A stretch of DNA of 60,051 nt from Myxococcales bacterium (lineage in GTDB: Bacteria; Myxococcota_A; Polyangia; Palsa-1104; SHYY01): assembly GCA_023248875.1 (NCBI GenBank), contig JAHFDT010000002.1, positions 1-60,051 of the forward strand, read 5' to 3'. Below the pieces are notes generated by a model. That model was not told where the DNA came from. It saw only the letters and a list, made by a program, of their open reading frames with translations, and did not search any database. Both the position numbers and the translations under genes were made by a program. Shown here in pieces: positions 48,346 to 57,599 of this stretch (positions within the stretch are counted from its first letter, which is position 1; every line of letters starts with the position of its first letter).

Positions 48346-49737
48346 CTAGGATATCACATCGATTCGATAGCCTGATCCCGACCCGCCTTTTCCGGCTGCG
48401 ATCTGTTGGACCATTTCAGCGATTGCGTCGAGGTTGGAGATCTCCATGCGAAAACCTGCGACTCCGGCGGCTCTGAGGCGCACTGCCAGCGCAGGCGGGA
48501 AGAGGTAGCGGATTGAAGCCTCATCGCAAGCTCCGGCGGTACACTGGACACCAACTTGGCAGCGGTCGAGGTCGATGGTTACTAGTGAGTTCGGTGCGCA
48601 CGGCACCACGCGAAAGGTTCCTTCGGTGCGCTGATTGAACAGACACATCGTTCGAAGTGCGTTCTCCAGAATGGCCATATCCTCGGGTGCCTCATTGCCC
48701 GGTGGGATATCGCACCACGGTAAGAGATCGAGCCGATCGAGGGTCCAACTTTCCAGCGCGACGCCTGAGGCTGCGAGGAAGAACAGCTTCATCCAGGGCT
48801 CGGGCCTTTGCCTGCTGGTAAGAAAATGAATCGATCCATGGGCAGAGTGCTCCTCCCAGCCGAGCTCGAGGAGCCGCTCCGCGAGGCTGGACGGCAATAC
48901 GGTGTCCCACTGCACCAGGCCGGCGTGGGCGCGAACCAGAGGCCCGAGGCCGATGGTGCGGGCGAGCGCCTGGCCTACCTGCACCAGCCAAGGGCCGCCG
49001 AACAGTGCATCGTTCTCATGCTCTTCTGGCCAAACCGTGCCTTTCAGTAGGAGGGTGCCGAGAAAGGCGGGAATGCACTCGTCGAGGTAGGGCGGAAAAA
49101 TCGCTCGTCGGTTTGGACCGAAGTGTGAGAGCTCGTGCACCAACGGAGCGGCGAGGTGGCGATCGATCGCCGCCATCAGAGGCAAACCTCCCTCGAGGCG
49201 CTGTCCGATAGCGGCCAGGTCGGCTGGATAGGCGTAGAGCAGGGGCATGAAGCCCCCGTAGTAGGTGGATTGAAACAGAAGATTTAGCGTGGGCCGATCC
49301 GATCGGAAGGAGGCAGCCGAAGTGGAACCGATCGCCGCTTTCGCATCCCGACCGAGCAGCTCGAACAGCCGGTCGATCGCACCCGACAGACGCGGCAACA
49401 ACGACCAGTTAAGGGGGGTGTGAAACAGCGTGCGATTGGGCTCTGCCAGCGAGACCAGCTGTTCGACTCGGAGCCGCGGCATGGTTTCGAAATAGTGGTT
49501 GGCCACGGTCTGGTCTTTGCCGTTCGTCTCTGCGGCGGCGATCACCCAGGAGAGCCAGCGACCCATCGCCCAGGGCAGCCGCGTTTGCAGCTGCGCGTCG
49601 GGAACGAGCTGGTGCAGAGAGCGTAGCCGATCAACTGCACGTCCGGTGGAGCGCTCCAGGCGGGCAGGCAGTTCCGCCTCAATCCGTGCCGCGGTCGGAA
49701 GCAGTTCACTGGGCTGCATGGCGAATAGGCCAAACAA
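48346..49737 (-). CDS. Hypothetical protein with an HExxH (HELSH) zinc-metallopeptidase-like motif
   Basis: HELSH is encoded at 49123-49137, followed by PYLDE 15 residues later (gluzincin-like third ligand?); 6-nt gap to the radical SAM gene; start at TTG 49737 or ATG 49719. Confidence 0.6.
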   Translation of the reverse strand: MFGLFAMQPSELLPTAARIEAELPARLERSTGRAVDRLRSLHQLVPDAQLQTRLPWAMGRWLSWVIAAAETNGKDQTVANHYFETMPRLRVEQLVSLAEPNRTLFHTPLNWSLLPRLSGAIDRLFELLGRDAKAAIGSTSAASFRSDRPTLNLLFQSTYYGGFMPLLYAYPADLAAIGQRLEGGLPLMAAIDRHLAAPLVHELSHFGPNRRAIFPPYLDECIPAFLGTLLLKGTVWPEEHENDALFGGPWLVQVGQALARTIGLGPLVRAHAGLVQWDTVLPSSLAERLLELGWEEHSAHGSIHFLTSRQRPEPWMKLFFLAASGVALESWTLDRLDLLPWCDIPPGNEAPEDMAILENALRTMCLFNQRTEGTFRVVPCAPNSLVTIDLDRCQVGVQCTAGACDEASIRYLFPPALAVRLRAAGVAGFRMEISNLDAIAEMVQQIAAGKGGSGSGYRIDVIS

Positions 49738-49891
49738 ACGCCCTTTTCGAGCAGGTTCGGCGAAGCGGCGCAGGGTGTCGGTTCATTTGTCCGATATTGG
49801 GGTATTACGTCAGCTTAATTTCTGCAAACGAGCACGTCCCGATCGATATGGCGCGGCATGAGCTCATTCGGCGGTTTGGCCAGGATTAAAC

Positions 49892-50251
49892 TTAAGGAAA
49901 TGGCACGAGACGCGATCTTAGGATCTGCTTGTCGCGCGTCAAAAGGGGAACCTGGTGAACGAGGCTGGTTGCGGCGATCAGCTCGTTGGCGGGGTCACCA
50001 CAGAAATCGAGATGTGTCGATGCGCGAGAGATGGGCAAATCGATCGGCCAGACGTGAAGGGCGCTGAGGACATCGGCGACCTCGATGGCGTCAAGATTGA
50101 GAGTCACACGGCGGAGCTGCACCAGCTTCGCCAGCTCCCACAGGACGATCGCAGAGATTCCCCAGCGGTGCGTCGACAGAAGCTCCTTCTCACGGCGTCG
50201 AAGAGTTCCCTGCAAGGCGAAGATCAAAATATGAGTATCAAGGTTTAGCAT
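49892..50251 (-). CDS. vapC: Type II toxin, PIN-domain VapC family ribonuclease
   Basis: MLNLDTHILIFAL...WELAKL...ATSLVHQVPLLTRD shows PIN acidic-residue spacing; overlaps the antitoxin by 14 nt. Confidence 0.85.
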   Translation of the reverse strand: MLNLDTHILIFALQGTLRRREKELLSTHRWGISAIVLWELAKLVQLRRVTLNLDAIEVADVLSALHVWPIDLPISRASTHLDFCGDPANELIAATSLVHQVPLLTRDKQILRSRLVPFP

Positions 50252-50462
50252 CGACGGCGTTCCAGTAGGTTCCCGTCGACAAAAGATCCCCGTGCACTTC
50301 GATCTGTCCGCGCAAAGCGCCGATCAGCCGCGCCGGGTCCTGATCATAGGGCAAGAGGCGAGCGACGGGACGGCCGTGCTTGGTGATGACGATCCCCTCG
50401 GGATCTAGCTGGTCGATAAGAGCAAGACACTGCTCCTTAAACTGGGCGGCACCGATGCGCAT
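50238..50462 (-). CDS. Type II antitoxin, Phd/YefM (prevent-host-death) family
   Basis: 74 aa; AAQFKEQCLALIDQL...VITKHGRPVARLLP is typical of Phd/YefM N-terminal domains. Confidence 0.8.
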   Translation of the reverse strand: MRIGAAQFKEQCLALIDQLDPEGIVITKHGRPVARLLPYDQDPARLIGALRGQIEVHGDLLSTGTYWNAVDAKP

Positions 50463-50506
50463 GATCCAAATGTAGTCATAATTTATAACTAGTCAATAAA
50501 TATGAC
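50463..50506 (-). promoter_or_regulatory. Putative promoter (TTGACT-16 nt-TACATT) with an imperfect operator palindrome for the phd/vapC operon; leaderless geometry
   Basis: -35 at 50491-50496 and -10 at 50469-50474 (minus strand); 6 nt between the -10 and ATG 50462; gtcataatttat (50475-50486) is nearly the reverse complement of ataaatatgac (50496-50506). Confidence 0.45.
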
Positions 50507-50879
50507 CAGTCTACGTGCGTTCGAAATACTTATTGATCGCCCACAGATCGCGGGCACACAGGCCTGCGAAGTTGACGCCGAGGCCGGGGCCTTGCGGCGT
50601 GCCCAGCCAGCGCACTGCGCCATCGCGATCCTGGGCGTGTTGCTCATCGAGAAAAGTCGTCAGGTGCTCGCGCACTACGATACTCGTTCTCCTGACCGGT
50701 AACCGGATGGTGTCCGGTAGCCGGACCACGAATGAAGAACGACTGGGATGAGAAAAATCCACCCGTGGTTGTGCAGGGCGCTCCACCGAGCGCCCTGGCG
50801 GCAGGGAATCACACAGCTCGAGCCCCTGCGGCGCTTCGAGAGTTGAAGTTGTCGTAGCAGCCGCCCTGCTGCGTCAGAA

Positions 50880-52850
50880 TCAATGCGAGTCGGTTACCGA
50901 GCCGGGGCCGAGAGGCGTGCCGCCATGCTTGAGATAGGCGAGCAGGCCTCCGGCGAGCAGGGTAGCGATTTCCCGGGGCGAGATTGGGGAGCGTAACTGG
51001 ATTGGGTTTACGCCATCCATGACCACCCTCGCTTCGATCTTGGCTGCTCGTTGTCGTAGCGCCGCGGCGAGATCGGGAATGACCAGCTCCTGCCCCAAAC
51101 GCAGGCGGCCGAAATCATCGGCATCGACGAATTCGAGCGGCAGGATGCCCTGTGCGATCAGATTGCGCCGGTGGATCCGTGCGAACGAGCGCGCGAGAAC
51201 GGCGTGCACGCCAAGATAGGCGGGCGCCATCGCGGCATGTTCGCGGCTCGAGCCCTGGCCGTAGTTGGCGCCTGCGACGATGAAGCCGCCGCCCCAACGA
51301 CGCGCGCGCGAAGGAAATTCGGCATCGGTGTTCTGCAGGGTGTATTCCGAAATGGCCGGAATATTGGAGCGGAGCGCCATCACCAGGGCACCGTCCGGCG
51401 CGAGGTCTCCCGTGGACACATCGTCGCCCACGACGATCAGCACACGTCCGCTGAGCACCTCGGGGAGCGGATGCTGCGGTGGTACGGGCTGAATGTTGGG
51501 CCCTTTGATCACCTCCACGGTACGCGCCAGTGCTGGAGGCAGAGGAGCAATGATCTGGCGATCGTCGATCGCAGGATTGGTCGGTGCGGGAGCCAGGGCC
51601 GGTCGGTCGCCGAGCGTGCGGGGATCGGTGAGCACGCCGGTGAGCGCGCTGGCGGCAGCCGTCGATGGGCTGCAGAGGTAGACCTGGTCGTCGACGGTGC
51701 CGGAGCGACCGCGAAAATTGCGGTTGAAGGTACGCAATGAGGCAGCTTGTGAGGGCGGTGCCTGACCCATACCCACGCAAGGACCGCAGGTGGGCTCGAG
51801 CATGCGCGCGCCCGCTCCGATGAGCGTCTCATAGACGCCCGAGCGAGTGATGGTATCGAGGATCTGCCGTGAACCGGGGGTAACGGTCATCGACTGCAAC
51901 CGTGGGTGGATGGAGGATCCCTGGAGCACCGCGGCAACGATGGCGAGGTCGTCGTAGCCAGAATTGACGGAGGAGCCGACGCATACTTGCGCTAGCGGCA
52001 GACCGGTGACTTCACGCACGGGCACCACATTGCCAGGCGAGTGGGGTTTGGCCACCAAGGGTTCGATCATCGAGAGATCGATGAGTTCGTCTGCTTCATA
52101 GGTGGCCTTGGGATCCGCGGTGAGTGGGACATAGTCATTCGGCCGCTCTTGGTGGCTGAGCCATTCGCGTGTGCGCTCGTCCGATGGAAATAGCCCACCA
52201 GTGGCGCCGAGCTCGGCGATCATATTGCAGATCGTTCCGCGCGCGGTCGCGGAGAGCGTCGCCACTCCATCGCCGTAGAATTCGAACACACAGCCCAACC
52301 CGCCGCGCACACCCCGTCGGCGCAAAAGCTCGAGGATCACATCCTTGGGTTCGCACCAGGGATTGAGCTGGCCCTCCAGGCGCACGCCGATGACGCGCGG
52401 GAACTCGATGCGAAACGGATGGCCGGCCAGCGCGACCGCGACATCCATGCCGCCCGCGCCGATGGCGATCATCCCGAGTGCACCGGCCATGGTGGTATGA
52501 CTATCGGCGCCGATCAGCAGCTCGCCCGGGCGTGCAAAGCGCTCGAAGTGGAGGTAGTGGCAGATGCCGTTGCCGGGGCGGGAAAAATAGAGCCCATGGC
52601 GCGCAGCGAAGGTGGCGAGAAAGCGGTGGTCGTCGGGGTTCTTGTAGTCGATCTGCAGCGTGTTATGGTCGACGTAGACCACCGCCAGCGGTGGGGCGAC
52701 ACGTTCGATGCCGAGCTCCTCGAGCTGCAGACAGGCCATCGTGCCAGTGGCATCCTGCAGCAGCGTCTGATCGACGCGCAGTGCGATCTCGTTGCCTTCT
52801 CGCCCGATGGTGTGTTCGCGGAGCAGCCGGGTGGTCAGGTTTTCGCCCAT
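50880..52850 (-). CDS. Aconitase-family hydratase (about 650-aa fused catalytic plus swivel domains)
   Basis: VDQTLLQDATG...GADSHT...CGPCVGMG Fe-S ligand motifs and a C-terminal swivel domain (NYGQGSSREHAA). Confidence 0.85.
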   Translation of the reverse strand: MGENLTTRLLREHTIGREGNEIALRVDQTLLQDATGTMACLQLEELGIERVAPPLAVVYVDHNTLQIDYKNPDDHRFLATFAARHGLYFSRPGNGICHYLHFERFARPGELLIGADSHTTMAGALGMIAIGAGGMDVAVALAGHPFRIEFPRVIGVRLEGQLNPWCEPKDVILELLRRRGVRGGLGCVFEFYGDGVATLSATARGTICNMIAELGATGGLFPSDERTREWLSHQERPNDYVPLTADPKATYEADELIDLSMIEPLVAKPHSPGNVVPVREVTGLPLAQVCVGSSVNSGYDDLAIVAAVLQGSSIHPRLQSMTVTPGSRQILDTITRSGVYETLIGAGARMLEPTCGPCVGMGQAPPSQAASLRTFNRNFRGRSGTVDDQVYLCSPSTAAASALTGVLTDPRTLGDRPALAPAPTNPAIDDRQIIAPLPPALARTVEVIKGPNIQPVPPQHPLPEVLSGRVLIVVGDDVSTGDLAPDGALVMALRSNIPAISEYTLQNTDAEFPSRARRWGGGFIVAGANYGQGSSREHAAMAPAYLGVHAVLARSFARIHRRNLIAQGILPLEFVDADDFGRLRLGQELVIPDLAAALRQRAAKIEARVVMDGVNPIQLRSPISPREIATLLAGGLLAYLKHGGTPLGPGSVTDSH

Positions 52851-52967
52851 GGGACATTGGTTGTAGGCTCGCCGGACGAGCCGTCAACCGTCGGTCAGAC
52901 AATCGTAAGTGGGACACTCGCCTTCACCATCGTCCGAAAATCGTGGTCCGTTCCATCGCAGAGTGCG

Positions 52968-53897
52968 TCATCGACGATGCCGGCGATTGGCCTTCGATCG
53001 CGGAAGAAATCCACCCAGGCAATGGATGGGGTTGACCAATAGCTTACGGAGGAGCTTGACCATCTCGGTCTCTAGGCGCTGTTCGGTTGCTCCGGTCCAT
53101 TCGGGCGCAGCGACGAGGTAGAGGCCGCAATCTGGATCGTGTGGCACGGGAGCACGCACCAGCTGTTTGCGCTCCGCCGCCGTGAGCATGAAGTCGGGCA
53201 GATCACCAACACCAAATCCGGCCAGCACCAGCGCTTTCACCGAGGCGACGCTACTGGTCTTGGCGTACGACAGAGCGGCTTCTGGCACCAGTCCCTCTGC
53301 CCCTGGGGGCGGCTCAATCTCGACGATCGGGAAAGAGGCGAGCTGGCGCTGAGTTCTAGCGTTAACCAGCTTTGGGTAGCGTTTTTTTAGCCCCCAGAAT
53401 TGCAAGTGATAGGCACCCAAGCGATGGGCACGCACCTCGGACGGGGCACCGGAAAAGGAGACGATCGCGAAATCGAGCGCATTAGATCGCACGCGTTCGA
53501 GTAGGGTGGCAGTGCGCGCTGTCGATAGTTTGATCGCAAGCTCGGGGAAGGCATCGCACAGTGGCACGACGAGTTGTGGCAAGAGGAATGCAGCTACGCT
53601 ATCGATGGTGCCCAGGCGAAGGTCGAAATAGTCGCGCTGAGCGCAGCGGGCCACCTCGCGGCGCGCCTGTTCACTCTGCTCCAGCAAGGTGCGAGCACGT
53701 GGTACAAGCGATCGTCCGGCTGCCGTCAGGATGAGGCCACGGCCACGTCGTGCAAAGAGAGACACACCGAGCTCTGACTCAAGCTCATGGAGATTTCGGC
53801 TCACTGCTGGCTGAGTGAGGTGGGCCTGTCGTGCAGCCGCGCTCACCGATCCGGTAGCGACGAAACGCAGGAAGAGCTCCAGTCGACCAAAATCCAT
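52968..53897 (-). CDS. LysR family transcriptional regulator
   Basis: N-terminal wHTH LELFLRFVATGSVSAAARQAHLTQPAVSRNLHELE; 309 aa. Confidence 0.9.
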   Translation of the reverse strand: MDFGRLELFLRFVATGSVSAAARQAHLTQPAVSRNLHELESELGVSLFARRGRGLILTAAGRSLVPRARTLLEQSEQARREVARCAQRDYFDLRLGTIDSVAAFLLPQLVVPLCDAFPELAIKLSTARTATLLERVRSNALDFAIVSFSGAPSEVRAHRLGAYHLQFWGLKKRYPKLVNARTQRQLASFPIVEIEPPPGAEGLVPEAALSYAKTSSVASVKALVLAGFGVGDLPDFMLTAAERKQLVRAPVPHDPDCGLYLVAAPEWTGATEQRLETEMVKLLRKLLVNPIHCLGGFLPRSKANRRHRR

Positions 53898-53906
53898 GCA
53901 AAAATT

Positions 53907-53916
53907 TTATCGATAA
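53907..53916. promoter_or_regulatory. TTATCGATAA palindrome in the lysR / lipoprotein divergent intergenic region (candidate LysR-type box)
   Basis: Perfect 10-bp palindrome 10 nt upstream of the lysR ATG, in an AT-rich region. Confidence 0.35.
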
Positions 53917-53993
53917 CTATGAATTAATACAATTGGACCGAATGGGTTCTCAAGCACAAATTGGTTTTACATAACCTCCTCGAGGAGAGAGCC

Positions 53994-55217
53994 ATGACGC
54001 GCTTACTTGGACTGTTTTTGATGACTGGCTGTGGCATGATCCCGATCGTCGATAGTGCTGGCGGCAGTTCGGATGCGTCGAATGGGCCCTTGCAGCACGG
54101 TCTTACCGTCCATGAATGGGGAACCTACACCTCAGTGCTTAGCTCAAAAGGCGAGCAGCTCTCCGGAATGCACCACGAGGAGGAGGCGCTGCCATCTTTT
54201 GTCTACAGCCGAAGCCCGGGCGACAAGATGCACAACAAGGGGTTCGAGGGGCAGCTGTCCGGCGTAACCCAAAAGCTCGAGACGCCGGTGCTCTATTTCT
54301 ATTCGGATCAGCCCGGACTGGCGGTCAAGGTCAAGGTCGACTTCCCGAAGGGTATCGTCTCCCAGTACTACCCGAATTGCGCCTCATTCGAGCCGCCGCT
54401 TGGCAAGATCCTCCCGATCGCGCAGGGCAAGATGGAGTGGCAGGGCAAGCTCATGCCGGGCCTGACTGGTTTTCCAACGGTAAAGCCGGAGGATATATGG
54501 GCTCCTTCGCGCAAAGTGGCTTCGGTGCCAGTACAGATCGGCAACGAGAAGGAGCAGTTCATTTTCTATCGTGGGCTGGGCACGTTTGATGTGCCGCTCA
54601 AGGAGCAGGCGAACGACGATGGTTCCGTAACGCTGACCAATGCATCGCAGGAGAAGATCGCCCATGTGTTTCTGTTGCGGCTGCATCAGGAGGGAGGCGC
54701 AATCAAGGATCTCGGGTCGCTATCGCCATCCCAGTCGTTCAGCCATGTCTGGCCACCGGCAGGAGGCAAGGAGACGCCGGCCGAATACCTGGCGCATGCG
54801 TCGGACATGATCGCAGCCGCGCTCGTCGAGTCCGGCCTCTACCAGGACGAGGCGCGCGCAATGGTGGATACCTGGCAGCGTAGCTATTTCCTCAAGGAGG
54901 GGACGCGCTTCCTTTACCTCGCGCCGCGCGCTTGGACCGACCAGCTGTTGCCGATCGCCATCGAGCCGGCGCCAACATCGCTGGTGCGCACCCTGGTCGG
55001 GCGGATCGAGGTGCTTTCGTCCGCCGACGAAGCGGGGCTGGTCGACCAGGTGAGCGCGGCAGCGAACAGCAAGATGGCGGCCAAGGATCTGATCGCCGCC
55101 CTGGGGCGCTTTGCCGAGCCGAAGCTGCGCCGTGCGGCTCAGCTGATCAAGGACCCTACCGTGAAATCCTACTGCGACGATGCCATCACCGTCGCTGCGG
55201 AAGAGCCATCCTGGTAG
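53994..55217 (+). CDS. Hypothetical lipoprotein
   Basis: GAGGAG SD; MTRLLGLFLMTGCG lipobox; 407 aa with no recognisable motif. Confidence 0.7.
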   Translation: MTRLLGLFLMTGCGMIPIVDSAGGSSDASNGPLQHGLTVHEWGTYTSVLSSKGEQLSGMHHEEEALPSFVYSRSPGDKMHNKGFEGQLSGVTQKLETPVLYFYSDQPGLAVKVKVDFPKGIVSQYYPNCASFEPPLGKILPIAQGKMEWQGKLMPGLTGFPTVKPEDIWAPSRKVASVPVQIGNEKEQFIFYRGLGTFDVPLKEQANDDGSVTLTNASQEKIAHVFLLRLHQEGGAIKDLGSLSPSQSFSHVWPPAGGKETPAEYLAHASDMIAAALVESGLYQDEARAMVDTWQRSYFLKEGTRFLYLAPRAWTDQLLPIAIEPAPTSLVRTLVGRIEVLSSADEAGLVDQVSAAANSKMAAKDLIAALGRFAEPKLRRAAQLIKDPTVKSYCDDAITVAAEEPSW

Positions 55218-55290
55218 AGCCATCCTGAGCAATCCACCTTTACTTCTCGTCGAGGATCGGCTGGAATCGGGCCTTCGTTAGGAGGCAGCG

Positions 55291-56136
55291 GTGTTTCAGA
55301 ACGATCTGCTCAAGGGGAAGACGATCATCGTCACCGGCGGTGGCACTGGGCTGGGCAAGGCCATGGCCACTCGATGCGCGCAGCTGGGGGCGCAGCTGGT
55401 TCTGACCAGCCGCGATCTGGGCCATCTTGAGCCGACCGCGGAGGAGATGCGCAAGCAGGGAGCTGACGTATTGACGGTGCCGTGCGATGTGCGACAGCCG
55501 GAGAGCGTCGAAGCGATGGTGGCGAAAGCGATTGAGCGGTTCGGAAAACTGGATGGCCTAGTCAATAACGCCGCGGGAAATTTTCTCTGCCCGTCGGAAA
55601 AACTCTCCTACAATGGCTTCAACTCGATCGTACAGATCGTGCTGTATGGCGCCTTCAACTGCACGACCACAGTGGGGCGACAGTTCATCAAGCAGGGGAC
55701 CGGCGGGACGATCCTGTCCATTTGCACTACCTACGCCTGGACTGGTTCCGCCTATGTGTTGCCCTCCGCTGTGGCGAAGTCGGGCGTCCTCATCATGACG
55801 CGTTCGCTGGCGGTCGAATGGGCGCGCCACAAGATCCGCCTAAACGCGATTGCACCGGGGCCGTTTCCGACGGAGGGGGCTTGGTCACGTTTGGCCCCTC
55901 CAGGGATGGGTGAGGAGATGATCGCCAAGAAGATTCCAGCGGGGCGATTCGGACGGCACGATGAGCTGGCCAATCTCGCCGCCTATCTATTGGCAGACGG
56001 CAGCGGCTACATTACGGGCGAGTGTGTGACCATCGACGGCGGCGAGTGGCTGATGGGCGGAGAGTTCAATGAGTACACGAAGCATGACCCAACGGCGGTA
56101 GCACAGATGATGGAGATGATGCGGCCGAAAAAATAA
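55291..56136 (+). CDS. SDR family oxidoreductase (2,4-dienoyl-CoA reductase-like)
   Basis: TGGGTGLGKA cofactor motif, NNAAGNF, and a Y/K active-site region; GTG start. Confidence 0.85.
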   Translation: MFQNDLLKGKTIIVTGGGTGLGKAMATRCAQLGAQLVLTSRDLGHLEPTAEEMRKQGADVLTVPCDVRQPESVEAMVAKAIERFGKLDGLVNNAAGNFLCPSEKLSYNGFNSIVQIVLYGAFNCTTTVGRQFIKQGTGGTILSICTTYAWTGSAYVLPSAVAKSGVLIMTRSLAVEWARHKIRLNAIAPGPFPTEGAWSRLAPPGMGEEMIAKKIPAGRFGRHDELANLAAYLLADGSGYITGECVTIDGGEWLMGGEFNEYTKHDPTAVAQMMEMMRPKK

Positions 56137-56166
56137 GAAAGGGAACGGCCTGGGCCGTTCCCCTTC
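56137..56166 (-). terminator. Intrinsic terminator hairpin between convergent genes (T-tract on the minus strand)
   Basis: gggaacggcc/ggccgttccc 10-bp stem; on the minus strand it is followed by TTTCTTATTTTTT. Confidence 0.7.
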
Positions 56167-56185
56167 TTCACAAAGCTGAACGAAC

Positions 56186-56524
56186 CTACCTCTTCTTGCC
56201 CTTCTTCTTGGCCGGCTTCTTCTTGGCCGCCTTCGCCTTCTTGGCCGGCTTCTTCTTGGTCGCCTTCTTGGCGGCCGCCTTGCCCTTCTTGCGCTTCTGG
56301 CCACCGACCGCACGCTTGGCACGGGCGACGTGACCATTGCCGTCGAGGAAGTAGAGATAGCCCTCCTCGCGCTTGAAATTACCCGCTACCACCTTCTCCG
56401 CCTTGCCGGCAGCCGAGGGGCCGCCCGCACGCTTCATCGGCGTCTTCCAAACGTCCGAGCCACGAAGGAAGTAGAGGTAGCCGTGCTCCCGCTTCACACC
56501 CAGTTTCGCGACGACTTCAGCCAT
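56186..56524 (-). CDS. Small basic protein: duplicated KRExGYLYFL motif domain plus a Lys/Ala/Pro-rich histone-H1-like tail
   Basis: GGAGGAG SD before ATG 56524; two copies of KRE[HE]GYLYFL.G; C-terminal KKGKAAAKKATKKKPAKKAKAAKKKPAKKKGKKR. Confidence 0.7.
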   Translation of the reverse strand: MAEVVAKLGVKREHGYLYFLRGSDVWKTPMKRAGGPSAAGKAEKVVAGNFKREEGYLYFLDGNGHVARAKRAVGGQKRKKGKAAAKKATKKKPAKKAKAAKKKPAKKKGKKR

Positions 56525-56753
56525 GTTTTCTCCTCCATCCAGAAGATGGTTTTGCACAAACTATTCGATGCAGCGACGGGATGTCAACACTTTTTGCAAT
56601 GCAGCAGCGTTTTTCTCGACGGAAGCGCCTCCGAGACCCTTCGGTGATGGCTTTGGCAGCGACGGACCCAGGGGGATTGCTGCGATGCACAAATCAAAAA
56701 TCCCGATCAGTTTCAAGGGGTTCGCTCGTCGAGCGCTCGTCGGGGGAAGGTTG

Positions 56754-57557
56754 TCATACGTCACCGCTCATACGACACCGGTAGACCTGCGAATCGGAGT
56801 CGCCAGCGAATGGCTCTCCTGAAAAGCCCCCGTGTCGGGAGACCACCACGAATCCATGGTGCTCAACGAGCGCCGCCAGCTCCTCCGGAAAGAGCTGCCG
56901 GTGGGCCAGATGGACCACTTGGGTCCGCGGGATCCGCCCGGACGGGTTTTCTACCGGCTCGTAGAACAGGCGAATCCAAGCGATCTGCGTCACTGGATCA
57001 TAGATATGGTTGGTACTGTAGTAGTAGGCCTTTCCCGTCGCTGGGTGGGTGAACCGCGTGCGCGCCCAGCGCTTGGTCGGATCGCGCATCAGCCAGCCGA
57101 GATCTGGATTCAAGACATCAAAGGCGAACTCGCCTTCGGCGGTAAGGTGTTGCCGAACGCAGGCGAAAAAGCGTGCCAAATCCTCTCGCGTGTAGAGATG
57201 CATCATGGCGTTAAACGGGCAGACGATCAGCGGAAAGCGGCGGCCGAGGGTGAATTGGCGAAAATCACCTCGCACCAAGCGCGCGCGCGTCCGCACCTGC
57301 GGCTTGAGTCGTCGCAGTCGCTCGGTGCAGCGGCGCAGCATCGGCTGGCTGAGATCAAGCCCTGCCACGACATGGCCATCACGCACCAGCGGCACCAGCA
57401 GCCGGCCCGTTCCGGCTCCCAACTCGAGCACTTCGCCGCCGACGCGTCGGGCCTGGGTCCGGTAAAAGTTCACATCCGCGCGCCGACGACGGTACTCGTG
57501 GTCATAGAGCGCTGCATCTTCGTAGTGTTCGACGGTTCCGCGCTGCAGCCGCTCCAT
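56754..57557 (-). CDS. Class I SAM-dependent methyltransferase
   Basis: VLELGAGTGRL motif I, acidic loop GLDLS; 267 aa. Confidence 0.85.
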   Translation of the reverse strand: MERLQRGTVEHYEDAALYDHEYRRRRADVNFYRTQARRVGGEVLELGAGTGRLLVPLVRDGHVVAGLDLSQPMLRRCTERLRRLKPQVRTRARLVRGDFRQFTLGRRFPLIVCPFNAMMHLYTREDLARFFACVRQHLTAEGEFAFDVLNPDLGWLMRDPTKRWARTRFTHPATGKAYYYSTNHIYDPVTQIAWIRLFYEPVENPSGRIPRTQVVHLAHRQLFPEELAALVEHHGFVVVSRHGGFSGEPFAGDSDSQVYRCRMSGDV

Positions 57558-57599
57558 CGCGACTGTGATACATAAGCCTTTTTGCCCATGGATGCAGCC

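Noticed and set aside
50511-50786. 91-aa minus-strand ORF between the vapBC promoter and the aconitase gene
   Set aside because: Only the C-terminal 54 or so codons (from an internal GTG, VREHLTTFLDEQ...AINKYFE) look coding by third-position GC. I recognise no motif and saw no clear start signals. It may be a gene remnant, which is too weak to call as a feature.
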